DNA of 64,000 nt from the NCBI GenBank assembly GCA_963666275.2, contig CAXXOA010000002.1, positions 832,001 through 896,000 of the forward strand, given 5' to 3'. The notes beneath the pieces are model-generated. The model was not told the origin of the DNA. It saw nothing but the letters and a program-made list of their open reading frames with translations, and ran no database searches. The translations under genes and the position numbers were made by a program. This stretch comes from Oceanispirochaeta sp. GTDB taxonomy: Bacteria; Spirochaetota; Spirochaetia; DSM-2461. Positions 1 through 9,636 of this stretch are shown piece after piece (the stretch's first letter is position 1; each line of letters opens with the position of its first letter).

Positions 1-726
1 CGGTCTACTTCCTACTTTATTATGGAGCTTCCCGAATACAGGGTGCCCAGTTTAAAAAGAGCAGCCGTCTCCATGATGAGCCGGGCAAAAGCTTTTATCA
101 TCAAAGCCGGTACGATCATACTGGTCTGCAATGCGGTTGTTCAGTTGCTTCAGACTTTTAACTGGCAGTTTCAGGTTGTCAGTGAAAATGCTCCCGGATC
201 CAGTATTCTGGCCTCCCTGGCATCTCCTCTGGCATGGGTTTTTATCCCCCTGGGGTTTGGGTTGTGGCAGTTTGCCGCGGCGGCTATTACAGGATTCATT
301 GCCAAGGAAAATGTTGTGGGAACCCTGGCTGTTACATTTTCCGTTACCAATTTCATTGATGTGGAAGAACTCGCGCTGGTGTCAGGAGGAGTGGAAGTCA
401 TGGGGGTTTTCGGGATCGGCGCTGTGGCGGCTCTCTCCTATCTTGTATTCAATCTCTTTACTCCGCCCTGTTTTGCTGCCATAGGGTCCATGAACTCCGA
501 GATGGAGTCTCCCAAATGGCTGTGGGGTGCCATAGGTTTCCAGTTGGGAATGGGATACACCATAGCGTTTCTGATTTACCAGTTCGGTACACTGTTTACA
601 ACCGGTTCTTTCGGTTCCGGATTCGCCGGGGGGCTTGCCGCTGTGGCAGCCATTATCGGATATGTTACCTATTTAGCCTGGAAAGGCAGCCGGGTGACTG
701 AACTTAAGACTGTAGGAGCTGTTTAA
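1..726 (+). CDS. feoB: Ferrous iron transporter FeoB, C-terminal part (5'-truncated by the window)
   Basis: Frame is open from position 1. FeoB gate motifs F-I-MELPEYRVP, KAGTII, GFIAKENVVGTL and LFTPPCFAAIG. Confidence 0.93.
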   Translation, partial: RSTSYFIMELPEYRVPSLKRAAVSMMSRAKAFIIKAGTIILVCNAVVQLLQTFNWQFQVVSENAPGSSILASLASPLAWVFIPLGFGLWQFAAAAITGFIAKENVVGTLAVTFSVTNFIDVEELALVSGGVEVMGVFGIGAVAALSYLVFNLFTPPCFAAIGSMNSEMESPKWLWGAIGFQLGMGYTIAFLIYQFGTLFTTGSFGSGFAGGLAAVAAIIGYVTYLAWKGSRVTELKTVGAV

Positions 727-727
727 A

Positions 728-892
728 ATGACTTTAACAGATATCATTATTCTGCTGATAGTTGCCGGTCTGGTTTCAATCGCGGTCTGGAAGATTGTAA
801 GAGACAAAAAGAGGGGCAATGCCTGTTCCGGCTGCAGCTGTTCTTCAGGAAGCGGCGCCTGTCATATGAAGCTTCCGGAAAAACTGCAGTAG
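728..892 (+). CDS. FeoB-associated Cys-rich small membrane protein (54 aa, not in the ORF track)
   Basis: ATG 1 nt after the feoB stop. MTLTDIIILLIVAGLVSIAVWKIVRDKKRGNACSGCSCSSGSGACHMKLPEKLQ: one TM helix, a basic patch and a CxxCxC...C tail. Confidence 0.88.
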   Translation: MTLTDIIILLIVAGLVSIAVWKIVRDKKRGNACSGCSCSSGSGACHMKLPEKLQ

Positions 893-916
893 CCATTCGG
901 TTTCTTTCGATCCTGT

Positions 917-953
917 CCCTTTCCGGATTTCTTCACTGGTAAACCGGAAAGGG
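917..953 (+). terminator. Stem-loop after the feo operon (probable terminator)
   Basis: CCCTTTCCGG(ATTT)...(AAA)CCGGAAAGGG inverted repeat. No clear U-tract follows. Confidence 0.5.
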
Positions 954-1035
954 GAACCGGCATGGAATAGATTATTAAAGGGATGCCCCCGGGGGATTCA
1001 ATAGTATTTGTTCCCTCAACCTGCTATTCTGAGGC

Positions 1036-1872
1036 ATGGTTGTTTTCTATGCTGTTTTATCGGCTCTGACTTTCGGTACGGCAGACTTTCTCGGTGGTTT
1101 TTCCTCCAGGAAAAATTCCGCCACCGCCGCCGTGGCCTGGTCCCAGGGCGCGGGATTCCTGACCGTTCTGATCGTGGCGCCCCTGATGGGGGCTGAAGCC
1201 GTTGGTTCTTCTGATATCCTCTGGGGAATCATCGCCGGCCTTTCCGGGGCAATGGGAGTCCTTATCCTCTTCCATGGCCTCTCTACAGGGCTGGCATCAA
1301 TAGTTTCTCCCCTGGCGGCTCTTTCGGGAGCTGTCCTGCCTGTCATTTTCGGTCTTCTCATAGGGGAACGGCCTCCTCTTTTAACCTGGATTGGCGTGGC
1401 CCTCTCACTTCCGGCTATTCTGCTGCTGTCATGGGAGCAGGGAGAAAAACAGGATCATGTTTTCCGTTCCGTCCGGATGGGCCTCCTGTCGGGAGCTTGT
1501 TTCGGCGGCTTCTTTATTTTCATTTCCCGGACTTCCGATGCCTCGGGAATGTGGCCTCTGGCTGCGGCCAGGGCTGTGACGGTGCCGCTTTTTATACTGA
1601 TGACCCTTTTCCGGAAAGGACATGTCAGGCTTCTTCCCGGGACAAAACGTATCACCCTTATCAGCGGTTTTCTGGATATGGCCGCCAATGCGCTCTATCT
1701 GCTGGCTGCCCGGACGGGATATCTGATCCTGGCAGTTGTTCTTACGGCTCTTTATCCGGCTCCCACAGTGGTGCTTCAAAGGGTTTTTCTCCGGGAGAAA
1801 CTGACTCGCCCCCGCATCGCCGGACTAGTCCTTTCCATTTCAGGGGCTGCCCTGATCGGAGCCGGCGGCTAG
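1036..1872 (+). CDS. DMT/EamA family transporter
   Basis: 278 aa, about 10 hydrophobic segments, GTADFLGG...RK start, two EamA repeats ending GERP and LREKL. Confidence 0.85.
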   Translation: MVVFYAVLSALTFGTADFLGGFSSRKNSATAAVAWSQGAGFLTVLIVAPLMGAEAVGSSDILWGIIAGLSGAMGVLILFHGLSTGLASIVSPLAALSGAVLPVIFGLLIGERPPLLTWIGVALSLPAILLLSWEQGEKQDHVFRSVRMGLLSGACFGGFFIFISRTSDASGMWPLAAARAVTVPLFILMTLFRKGHVRLLPGTKRITLISGFLDMAANALYLLAARTGYLILAVVLTALYPAPTVVLQRVFLREKLTRPRIAGLVLSISGAALIGAGG

Positions 1873-2603
1873 AATTCCTCCAGAGTGAGTGAGATTTCGG
1901 ACAGACAGGTGTCATCATAATGGCTTCCCCTGTAGATCTCGCCTATGGTCAGTCTGATGCCGAAAAATCCGTAGACCTCCAGAATGAGTTTCTGATACAT
2001 AAGGGATTCTCCCTCTTCCGGCGATATCCCCAGATCCTTGAGTATCATTTCATAGAAATCCGGATAATCCCCGGCAAAGAGAGTCAGGACTTCTCTGTAG
2101 AAGTCATCCTGCAGGGACTCCCATTTTTCCAGGGAGATTCTCTGACTGTCCCGGGAATCGGATAGGGAGAACCGGGCGGGAATCTGCTGTTCAAGAGTAA
2201 AGTAGAGTGTATAGTCCTGCTCTGTTACAAGCCCCGGAGCTGTAAACCCTGCCACAAAAGAGAGAGAAAAGTCTTTAATCCTGTTATTTTTCTGATAGAG
2301 TCCGGATGAGGAGGCAAACCCATTGGTCAGATCCAGTTCACGCACAATCTGCTGTGTCTGAATCAGAACGGATTCGTGATAGCCGGGGCCATCCGCTCCC
2401 TCCACCCAGGGGCTGGCCGTGTCCCCGTCAAAGAGATTGTCCGGACCATAGGTCAGAGTTTTGCCTCTGATAGTTTCAGTCAGCGAAGAAGAAGCCCAGA
2501 CGGATTCCCCCATAGCTGTTTCAAGATTTTTCCATTCCCTCTGCTGGGTAAACAGACTGGAAACTGCGAACAAAAAGAGCAGCATTGAGACTGAATACTT
2601 CAT
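1869..2603 (-). CDS. Secreted hypothetical protein with a discoidin-like/NADase-type glycan-binding domain
   Basis: Signal peptide. Motifs ASSSL...YGPDNLFDGDTASPWVEG, NGF...YQKNNRIK and IYRGSHYDDTCLSEI. Confidence 0.6.
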   Translation of the reverse strand: MKYSVSMLLFLFAVSSLFTQQREWKNLETAMGESVWASSSLTETIRGKTLTYGPDNLFDGDTASPWVEGADGPGYHESVLIQTQQIVRELDLTNGFASSSGLYQKNNRIKDFSLSFVAGFTAPGLVTEQDYTLYFTLEQQIPARFSLSDSRDSQRISLEKWESLQDDFYREVLTLFAGDYPDFYEMILKDLGISPEEGESLMYQKLILEVYGFFGIRLTIGEIYRGSHYDDTCLSEISLTLEEF

Positions 2604-2739
2604 AGGATTATTATATCACATCGGATTTCCATCTGTTCTATAATAAAAGCAGGACAGAAAGGGTATGACTATCCTTCCTGCATATACACTGGAATGACCG
2701 GAATTCTGTTTCCGGATTTCTATACTGTGAGGTTCTGAA

Positions 2740-3558
2740 ATGGATATGTTAACCGCTTATTTCAACAGCATACAAAAAGAAGATCTGACTGTGATTCTTA
2801 AAAAAATCGGAGTTCTGATTCTGATTTCCCTCCTTGCCTTTATTGCGAATAAGATACTGGTGCGGGCCGTCCGCAGGGCGGATGAAAAATACTATCAGCT
2901 GGATTCCACAGTCGTGCCTGTTCTGATCACTCTGACGAAGTCCACTGTATTCCTGATTGCTCTCATATTTATCCTGGAGGCTCTGGGGGTTAATGCTACC
3001 AGTCTGGTGGCCCTGGTGGGGGCCGCGGGGATCGCTGTCGGCCTTGCCCTGAAAGATACCCTTTCCCATATTGCCGCCGGCATTATGATCCTTCTCCTGC
3101 GGCCCTTCAAAGCAGGGCAGTTTATCGAATGCTCTTCTGTGGCGGGAACGGTAAAAGAGATCGGTCTTTTCTCCACAACACTGGAGACCCCCGACGGCCT
3201 CTATGTGATGGCTCCCAACTCCTCTCTCTGGGGGGCACCCATTAAAAATATCCATAGGAACGGAAAACGGCGGATGGACCTGGTTATCGGTATTTCCTAC
3301 GGAGATTCCATCGATACGGGATTTGAAGTCCTGAGAAGCATTATTCAAAACGAGGCAAGATTTCTGGCTGATCCTGCTCCCCAGGTCATGGTCCTGTCCA
3401 TGGGCGACAGCTCTGTGAATCTGCAGCTCCGTGCCTGGGCCGCCATCGATAACTACTGGCCCGTTTACTGGGAAACCAATAAAATCCTTAAAGAGAAAAT
3501 CGAAGAAGCCGGATTGACCATTCCCTTTCCCCAGGTGGATGTTCATAAAAGAGACTGA
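2740..3558 (+). CDS. mscS: Small-conductance mechanosensitive channel
   Basis: GAAGIAVGLALKDTLSHIAAG, RPFKAGQFI, GTVKEIGLFST, PNS and IPFPQ motifs. Confidence 0.92.
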   Translation: MDMLTAYFNSIQKEDLTVILKKIGVLILISLLAFIANKILVRAVRRADEKYYQLDSTVVPVLITLTKSTVFLIALIFILEALGVNATSLVALVGAAGIAVGLALKDTLSHIAAGIMILLLRPFKAGQFIECSSVAGTVKEIGLFSTTLETPDGLYVMAPNSSLWGAPIKNIHRNGKRRMDLVIGISYGDSIDTGFEVLRSIIQNEARFLADPAPQVMVLSMGDSSVNLQLRAWAAIDNYWPVYWETNKILKEKIEEAGLTIPFPQVDVHKRD

Positions 3559-3561
3559 TTC

Positions 3562-5211
3562 TCAGCTGACCACCTGATTCCGGCCCAGATGTTTGGCTGT
3601 ATAGAGTTTTTCATCCATCCTTTTGAAAAGCTGTTCCAGTGACTCTGTCTTATTGAGAGGAGCCACCACGGAAAAACTGGCCGTCAGTTTTCCCGGCAGG
3701 GGGAACTGGTGTTCCTCCACAGCCATACGGATCTTTTCCGCTGCCGAAGAGGCATCGCTCCTGCTGATATAGGGGAGAAGAATAAGAAATTCCTCACCAC
3801 CCCAGCGGGCCAGTGTATCACTCTGCCTGATATGGGACTGAACCAGGTCCGCCAGCTCTTTCAGCACTTTATCTCCTCTGTCATGGCCGTAGGAGTCATT
3901 CACTTTCTTGAAGTAATCGATATCGAACATGATAAGGGAGAAGGGGGTATCATAGCGCTGATAGGCATGGTAGGCCTTGTTCAGATCATGATCAATTTTC
4001 TGCCGGTTGGCTATTCCCGTCAGAGAATCCACCGTCGCCATTATAAGAAGTTTTTTATTCTGCAGAAAAGACTCTCCATAGAGCTTGGATAGAACAAAGG
4101 TCTGGGTAAAAATCAGAATGATGATGGATCCCTGCCCCAGATTGAAAAAACGGTTCGGTCCGCCCCAGTAATAGATTATATCGAGCAGTGTCAGGGCAAA
4201 GGCCAGAACTCCTGTATAGGTAAAGGTTACCGCCCCGGGCAGCCGGCGTTTACAGGCCCGTATCAGAAGAAGGAATATCACCAGTATCAGAAAAATAATA
4301 TTCGTATTGAGGACAATAATGGTACGGCTCAGTATGCGTATCGGCAGGAGGAGTACGAAAACACTGTATATCCCACTCACTCCCAGAGCGGAAATCACAA
4401 GACCTTTTCTGAATCTCCGGGACGGAGGATAGAGATAGTTGAAGAACAGCAGAAGAGAGGCGCCGCTCAGGATGGCAGCAAGGTATTCCAGGCGATAATC
4501 CATTTTCCAGGGAATGGCCGGGAGAATTGTGGAGATCATATTCTGTCCTGTTGTCACCGCTCTGAGGATCATAAAAAGGGCTGTAAAGGTCAGGAACAAA
4601 GCCGATTTGTTTGTGTATTTATGCAGATAGAGAAAGAGATGGTAGATCGCTGCCAATAGCAGGATCCCTGCAAAAACAGATTCAAATATGATCTTCCTTG
4701 TTTCTATCTTGTGAATGGCACTGTAGGATCCGATCCGTATGGATTCGGTCAGACCGCCCGAACGGAAGTAGCGGTTATGCAGTTCAATTTCTATGGTATT
4801 CTCTGTTTCAAAAAGGAAAGGGATCACGCTTATGGTAAAGTCTGTCAGACCGCTGGAAAGATCCCCTGAGCTATAGATTGTCCTGCCGTTCATCCTTATG
4901 GATGCGGCCTGGGAGAGTTCCGGTAAAAGCAGGGCACCCATGGTTCCCGCGTAGGCTTGGGGGGGGGAGAAGGTCTTTGTATAAGTTCCCCGGGTATAGG
5001 GGGTTCCTGTCAGGATTTCCCAGCTTCCGGGCACTGTTCCGTGGCTTTGCATAGGAGAACCCTGTTCCTGAAAGAGCCATTCTCCGTCAAGATCCGTCAG
5101 GCTGGAAAGATCCAGCTCCGTTAAGTTGAGATGGGGTATTCCCACCTGGGGAAAAAGAGAAAGAACCGGGATAAATACGATCAGGAAAATCCATTTTTTC
5201 ACTTTTTCCAT
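3562..5211 (-). CDS. 7TM-DISM sensor diguanylate cyclase
   Basis: Periplasmic beta-sandwich (LDGEW, VPGSW), about 7 TM helices, DSLTGIANR, DIDYFKKVNDSYGH, RQSD I-site and GGEEF. Confidence 0.9.
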   Translation of the reverse strand: MEKVKKWIFLIVFIPVLSLFPQVGIPHLNLTELDLSSLTDLDGEWLFQEQGSPMQSHGTVPGSWEILTGTPYTRGTYTKTFSPPQAYAGTMGALLLPELSQAASIRMNGRTIYSSGDLSSGLTDFTISVIPFLFETENTIEIELHNRYFRSGGLTESIRIGSYSAIHKIETRKIIFESVFAGILLLAAIYHLFLYLHKYTNKSALFLTFTALFMILRAVTTGQNMISTILPAIPWKMDYRLEYLAAILSGASLLLFFNYLYPPSRRFRKGLVISALGVSGIYSVFVLLLPIRILSRTIIVLNTNIIFLILVIFLLLIRACKRRLPGAVTFTYTGVLAFALTLLDIIYYWGGPNRFFNLGQGSIIILIFTQTFVLSKLYGESFLQNKKLLIMATVDSLTGIANRQKIDHDLNKAYHAYQRYDTPFSLIMFDIDYFKKVNDSYGHDRGDKVLKELADLVQSHIRQSDTLARWGGEEFLILLPYISRSDASSAAEKIRMAVEEHQFPLPGKLTASFSVVAPLNKTESLEQLFKRMDEKLYTAKHLGRNQVVS

Positions 5212-5284
5212 TCCTCTTCAGGAAATAGGAAACCTATTAGTATCCTTACTTAATTATTAGGGTATGAAAGGGGAAAATTCCATT

Positions 5285-5686
5285 TTAAAACTTCTTTTCT
5301 CTCCAGTTCACGGGAACAAGAAAAAAACTCAGGATAACCAGCGCTCCAAAGGACAGATACAGGATCAGGAAAAATGAGTCGGGGAGATCATAGAAAATTA
5401 TTTTATGGATCAGCCGGGCTGTAAAGGACATGGATGTATCCGTATTCTGCCCGGCTTTCTCCCTGAGGCTGTATTCCAGGGTGGTCAGAGGGCAGAATAT
5501 GCCGAGCAGTGATTCAAAGGCCACCAGAAGTACAGCCCCGGCATGGACCAGCCGGAAGAGTCGTCTACGGACCCATTGCCATTTCAACAGTCCCCCAGCC
5601 AGAATGAAAACTTCCCCCAGTACTGTAAACAGGACATAGAGGAAGTGAATCAGCACAATAAGATCAGCTGCCGTTCCCGCATTCAT
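5285..5686 (-). CDS. DUF2784-like membrane protein
   Basis: ADLIVLIHF, CPLTTLE and IIFYD patterns. Confidence 0.75.
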   Translation of the reverse strand: MNAGTAADLIVLIHFLYVLFTVLGEVFILAGGLLKWQWVRRRLFRLVHAGAVLLVAFESLLGIFCPLTTLEYSLREKAGQNTDTSMSFTARLIHKIIFYDLPDSFFLILYLSFGALVILSFFLVPVNWREKKF

Positions 5687-5704
5687 GACTTATGAAGAGG
5701 CTCT

Positions 5705-7171
5705 TCAGGGTGTTCCCAGAATTCCATCCGCACCTTTCTCTCTGAGGATCCGGATCTTTGTATTCAGCTCTTCCAGAAAGCTTTTCTGATTCAGAATCTC
5801 TTGGGGAAAAACCTCTACCATAGAAAGGAAAGGGGTCGCATCATTCATGGAAAGAGCGGCTTTTTCCCTGAGTTTTTCTGCCAGAGGGTCTTTCACTTCA
5901 AAGGCCTCATTGCTCCGGGACTGGTCAAGATAGACAATCCAGGAGGCCAGGGCTGTGGATATGGGAGACACATCCTCATTCTGTTTCAGAAGTATCAGCA
6001 GGCCTCCCACAATGAAGTTCAGAATCTTGCTTGAACCGTCCTCGGCCAGGCGGAGAAGCTTGTCCCGCACGGCAGGGTTGGCAAAGCGCCTGAGGAGTGT
6101 TTCGATATACTCGTCATAATCAATTCCTGCGATAGGATTCAGGGTCTTTTTCAGTGTGTTCATATAGGCTCTGACGAACTCCCTGATCCTGCTGTCATTC
6201 ATCGCATCATCCACATACTGATACCCCGCCAGCAGGGAGAGGTAGGCCAGGGCGGAGTGACCGCCGTTGAGGAGCCGGATTTTCATCAGTTCATAGGGTT
6301 TTACATCCTCCACAAGCTGGGCGCCTATCTCCTCCCAGGCGGGGCGTCCGGCGGCAAACTTATCCTCAATGACCCACTGAATAAACTGTTCGGCAAAAAC
6401 AGGAACTTCATCCTGTAGCCCGTATTTATCTTTCAGATAGGACCGGTTTTCATCGGATGTATTGGGTGTAATCCTGTCTACCATGGTGCAGGGAAATGTG
6501 ATGGACTTTCTGACATATTCCAGCAGGTTTCTATCGCCTGTTTCCTCCAGAAACTGATAGAGAAGCTTTTTCAGCACATCGCCGTTTTCGGGAATGTTGT
6601 CACAGGAGAGAATCGTCAGGGGAAATGCTCCGGTTTTCAGTCTCTCTTTCAGCCCGTAAACGATTAACCCCACAGCCGTAAGAGGAGTCTCTTCTTTTTT
6701 TTCAAGGTCATGCCTGACATTGAGGTTGGTTCTATCCAGGTTCCAGTTGTTGTCGTAGCAGTAACCTTTTTCAGTAATTGTGAGAGAGAGTATCTTCAGG
6801 TTCCGGTTCCGGCAGAGCTCTGCAAATCTTCCCGGTTCCGTAGGAGTATGGATAAAATCCCTGATAGAACCGATAAGGGCTATCTCTTCGTTTTCAAGTT
6901 CCCTGGTGACCAGAGTATACAGGTAGTCCTGGGACACCAGAGCCTCTTTCATCTTTATATCCTGGGGCATCAGACCGGCGCCGCAGATCCTCCATCCGCT
7001 GTCATTCATTTTCATCAGTTGATGCAGATAGAAGGCCTGATGGGATCTATGAAAATTCCCCACGCCCAGATGCAGAATGGAACAGTCCGTCTGTTCCAGA
7101 TTATAATCCGGCATATCAGGGACATTTTTAATGGAGGGTAAATTCTCCTTTTTCAAGTGTATCTGTGTCAT
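5705..7171 (-). CDS. Mannitol dehydrogenase family protein (mannitol/D-arabitol 2-dehydrogenase or fructuronate reductase type)
   Basis: HLGVGNFHRSHQA, LTITEKGY, SCDNIPENG, FPCTMVDRITP, KIRLLNGGHS and RFANP. Confidence 0.88.
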   Translation of the reverse strand: MTQIHLKKENLPSIKNVPDMPDYNLEQTDCSILHLGVGNFHRSHQAFYLHQLMKMNDSGWRICGAGLMPQDIKMKEALVSQDYLYTLVTRELENEEIALIGSIRDFIHTPTEPGRFAELCRNRNLKILSLTITEKGYCYDNNWNLDRTNLNVRHDLEKKEETPLTAVGLIVYGLKERLKTGAFPLTILSCDNIPENGDVLKKLLYQFLEETGDRNLLEYVRKSITFPCTMVDRITPNTSDENRSYLKDKYGLQDEVPVFAEQFIQWVIEDKFAAGRPAWEEIGAQLVEDVKPYELMKIRLLNGGHSALAYLSLLAGYQYVDDAMNDSRIREFVRAYMNTLKKTLNPIAGIDYDEYIETLLRRFANPAVRDKLLRLAEDGSSKILNFIVGGLLILLKQNEDVSPISTALASWIVYLDQSRSNEAFEVKDPLAEKLREKAALSMNDATPFLSMVEVFPQEILNQKSFLEELNTKIRILREKGADGILGTP

Positions 7172-7333
7172 AGAAAACTCCTTTATTCTATATGTCTTTT
7201 CAGGACCTCTTAAATTTATACCCTCCCCGGTGGGAGCGCAAGTTTAATCCCCGGAATCCCGAATTTGTCTACCCGGCTATTTACAGTGGCGTGGTTCCCG
7301 GGTATATCTACAATCAGGGGAGTTTATAATATA

Positions 7334-8299
7334 TTGAAAGAGAAAACAGACTATTCGGGAAATCTGAAAATCCGGCAGGAGCACTGGCAGGACTCACCCT
7401 GCTCCCGCTGCCAGGGTACTCCCTGCTGCCGCAATCTTCCCCTCGCTCCGGGGCGTCTGGAGAGTCAGCGGGATTTTATCAATCTGACAATGGCTTCCGT
7501 CTATAATGGACTTTTCCCGGCTATGAAAGATTCAGGGGAGTGGACCTACTACCTTTCCCGCAGCTGCAGCTTTCTCAGTTCCGAAACAGGGATGTGTACG
7601 ATTCATAAGGAACTCCACCAGAGCCTAATCTGTAAAACCTATGACGCTCACAGCTGCTGGTACACCGATGCTTTCAATTCCCGGCGCTACACAACCATGA
7701 TTCCCTTCAATACGGAAAGGCTGATCTGGCTGGAGAAGCGGTATGATCTGATCCGCAGCAGGTTTGCTTCCTCCCCGGACTGGGAAACCCTCTGCCGGGA
7801 TATGCAGGCGGAGGGTCCCGGTTTCGAATATCCTGTTACAGGGAATCTTTCCCATGCCCTTCAGAGAAAGCTCACTTTTAAAAAATCCCGTTCAAGCCGT
7901 TATCTTCTATTTCCTCCCTATAAACGGCCCGGGGGAAAAAACCATTTTGAACTCCTCTCATTCCGGCTGGGATTTCCCGGGGTCTCACTTGCTCTGAGTG
8001 ATACCACCTGGGCATTCCTTGTGGAGACAGAGATGGATCCCGCAAAACTCGATCTTGTCCGCAGAGAATACTATCCCGCCATTGAACATAAAGACGGGAA
8101 TTTCAGCTTTGACTCGATCGTCCGGGAATACTCCCCCTATTCTGAAACAGGCGAACAGTGGGTTCTTCTCCACCGGGAGGATCTGCCCACTCTGACGGCT
8201 CTGACGGAGTTTGATGCATCAGGGAGGATTAAAAGGCTTCCCAGCTGTGCGGAAATCCTCCACTCCCTGCAGCCATCCTCTCCCAACAGAGTCGCCTGA
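7334..8299 (+). CDS. YkgJ-like (CxxCxxxxCC) cysteine-cluster protein with an internal duplication
   Basis: CSRCQGTPCC and CSFL...CTIH...CKTYDAHSCWY. In-frame TTG at 7334 follows AGGGGAG; the ORF track starts at 7265. Confidence 0.6.
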   Translation: MKEKTDYSGNLKIRQEHWQDSPCSRCQGTPCCRNLPLAPGRLESQRDFINLTMASVYNGLFPAMKDSGEWTYYLSRSCSFLSSETGMCTIHKELHQSLICKTYDAHSCWYTDAFNSRRYTTMIPFNTERLIWLEKRYDLIRSRFASSPDWETLCRDMQAEGPGFEYPVTGNLSHALQRKLTFKKSRSSRYLLFPPYKRPGGKNHFELLSFRLGFPGVSLALSDTTWAFLVETEMDPAKLDLVRREYYPAIEHKDGNFSFDSIVREYSPYSETGEQWVLLHREDLPTLTALTEFDASGRIKRLPSCAEILHSLQPSSPNRVA

Positions 8300-8400
8300 C
8301 TCCTGAAAGACGCATTTGACAGAAAGTCTTCACTTTCTTTTGCATCCGGGTCTCCAGGACTGTTTTCAGAAAAGGGATTTCCCTGTACCATCACAAGCTC

Positions 8401-9180
8401 ATGCAGACTGTCAGTATCAATAACAAAGATATTTATATCGTCAAATCCCACAATCAGGTTCTGGAGGCCTGGGAACCCGGAGAGAAGCAGAATCTTTTTT
8501 CTCTGGATTTTCATACAGATACCCGAAATGCTTTCTACAATTATGCCTACTGGCGAGCCCATAGTGAGGTGAATGCGGGAAAAGTCCCGGATCATAAAGT
8601 CCGGAAAAATGAGCTGATGGAAGAAAAAATCAGGCTGTATCGTAATAACAGAATGACCCTGGAACAGGTTAACGACAATCTGAAACATGATGAGCATCTG
8701 GATTTTGCAGTCAGAACAGAGATGATCGATACGGCGTTTATCCTGGCGAACAACACCAATAAGACCAGTTCCAATCCAAATGTTCACATTGTGAACAGTA
8801 AGGAAGAGTATGATAATCACAGGCTGATCGAGTACTCTCTCTCATCGGCAGACAGTGTAGAGACCGGCGACCAGGGCAGGGAGCAGATGGCTCACCGGGC
8901 AATAGAGTCTGAAGTCCTTGAAGAGGCCTTTTCGGTAGCCGAATCCTACAGGGAAACTTTTTTTGACAGGTTCATACTGGATATCGACTGCGATTATTTC
9001 AATACCGAACAGAGTCTCTATCCAGAAAACAGGGAGTCCTTTGAGAAACTCATCCGGGATTCGGAGTTTATAACCATTGCTCTGGAGCCGGAATGCGTGG
9101 ATATCTGCCGGTATGAGGGGCATGATCTGGACAGCCGGAAAATCCTGAAAAGGCTGCTTGCCATTATCGAACAGGTATAA
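8401..9180 (+). CDS. UPF0489-like protein (arginase/deacetylase-like fold)
   Basis: SHNQVL, LDFHTD, HDEHLD and LDIDCDYF metal-site motifs; ITIALEP. Confidence 0.65.
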   Translation: MQTVSINNKDIYIVKSHNQVLEAWEPGEKQNLFSLDFHTDTRNAFYNYAYWRAHSEVNAGKVPDHKVRKNELMEEKIRLYRNNRMTLEQVNDNLKHDEHLDFAVRTEMIDTAFILANNTNKTSSNPNVHIVNSKEEYDNHRLIEYSLSSADSVETGDQGREQMAHRAIESEVLEEAFSVAESYRETFFDRFILDIDCDYFNTEQSLYPENRESFEKLIRDSEFITIALEPECVDICRYEGHDLDSRKILKRLLAIIEQV

Positions 9181-9202
9181 TTCAGTTTTTCCCTCTCCTA
9201 TA

Positions 9203-9230
9203 TTGACATAGCTCCGGTTTTCCCTATATT
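9203..9230 (+). promoter_or_regulatory. sigma70-type promoter
   Basis: TTGACA (9203-9208), 16 nt, TATATT (9225-9230). The predicted start (~9237) coincides with the 5' end of the structured RNA. Confidence 0.65.
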
Positions 9231-9236
9231 TAGAAC

Positions 9237-9373
9237 TTACAAACATAGCAGACAAAGGAACCTTAATGCTAACAATGTCTGCTTATATCTTTTAAATGTA
9301 AAGGTTTCTCCCTGTATTGAAGGGAGGCTTGAAGGTATAAGTAGTTTCTCTGTTAGTGATGTCCTGTTTGTAA
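9237..9373 (+). ncRNA. Candidate rod-shaped structured RNA / cis-regulatory leader (family unknown)
   Basis: Four nested helices: 9237-45/9365-73 (9 bp), 9268-74/9351-57, 9279-92/9331-44 (14 bp, 3 G-U) and 9307-13/9321-27. Confidence 0.55.
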
Positions 9374-9424
9374 TCCCCCCGCAGAGAACCCCTTTCCTCT
9401 ATTCCTTTACACAAGGAGTTATGA

Positions 9425-9628
9425 ATGAGTAACAAATTGTGGTTTGTCACAAACGGTGTTCAGGTTATTTCTGTATTTGATAACAGAAACATGGCCGAGA
9501 GCGAAATGAAGAAGTATCAGGATGATCCTGATTACAGTTACTATGATTTTTATAACGTGGATATCGATGAACTGGAAGAGTATCCGGATGAGTACGATAT
9601 CGCTCTTGAGGAAGGGTTTATCGGCTGA
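9425..9628 (+). CDS. Small acidic hypothetical protein (67 aa)
   Basis: AAGGAG RBS at 9413-9418. D/E/Y-rich sequence. Confidence 0.75.
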   Translation: MSNKLWFVTNGVQVISVFDNRNMAESEMKKYQDDPDYSYYDFYNVDIDELEEYPDEYDIALEEGFIG

Positions 9629-9636
9629 TTTCTTCA

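Noticed and set aside
9237..9373. SRP RNA, tRNA or retron msr-msd identity for the structured RNA
   Set aside because: No SRP helix-8 motif, no cloverleaf, and no reverse transcriptase in the window.
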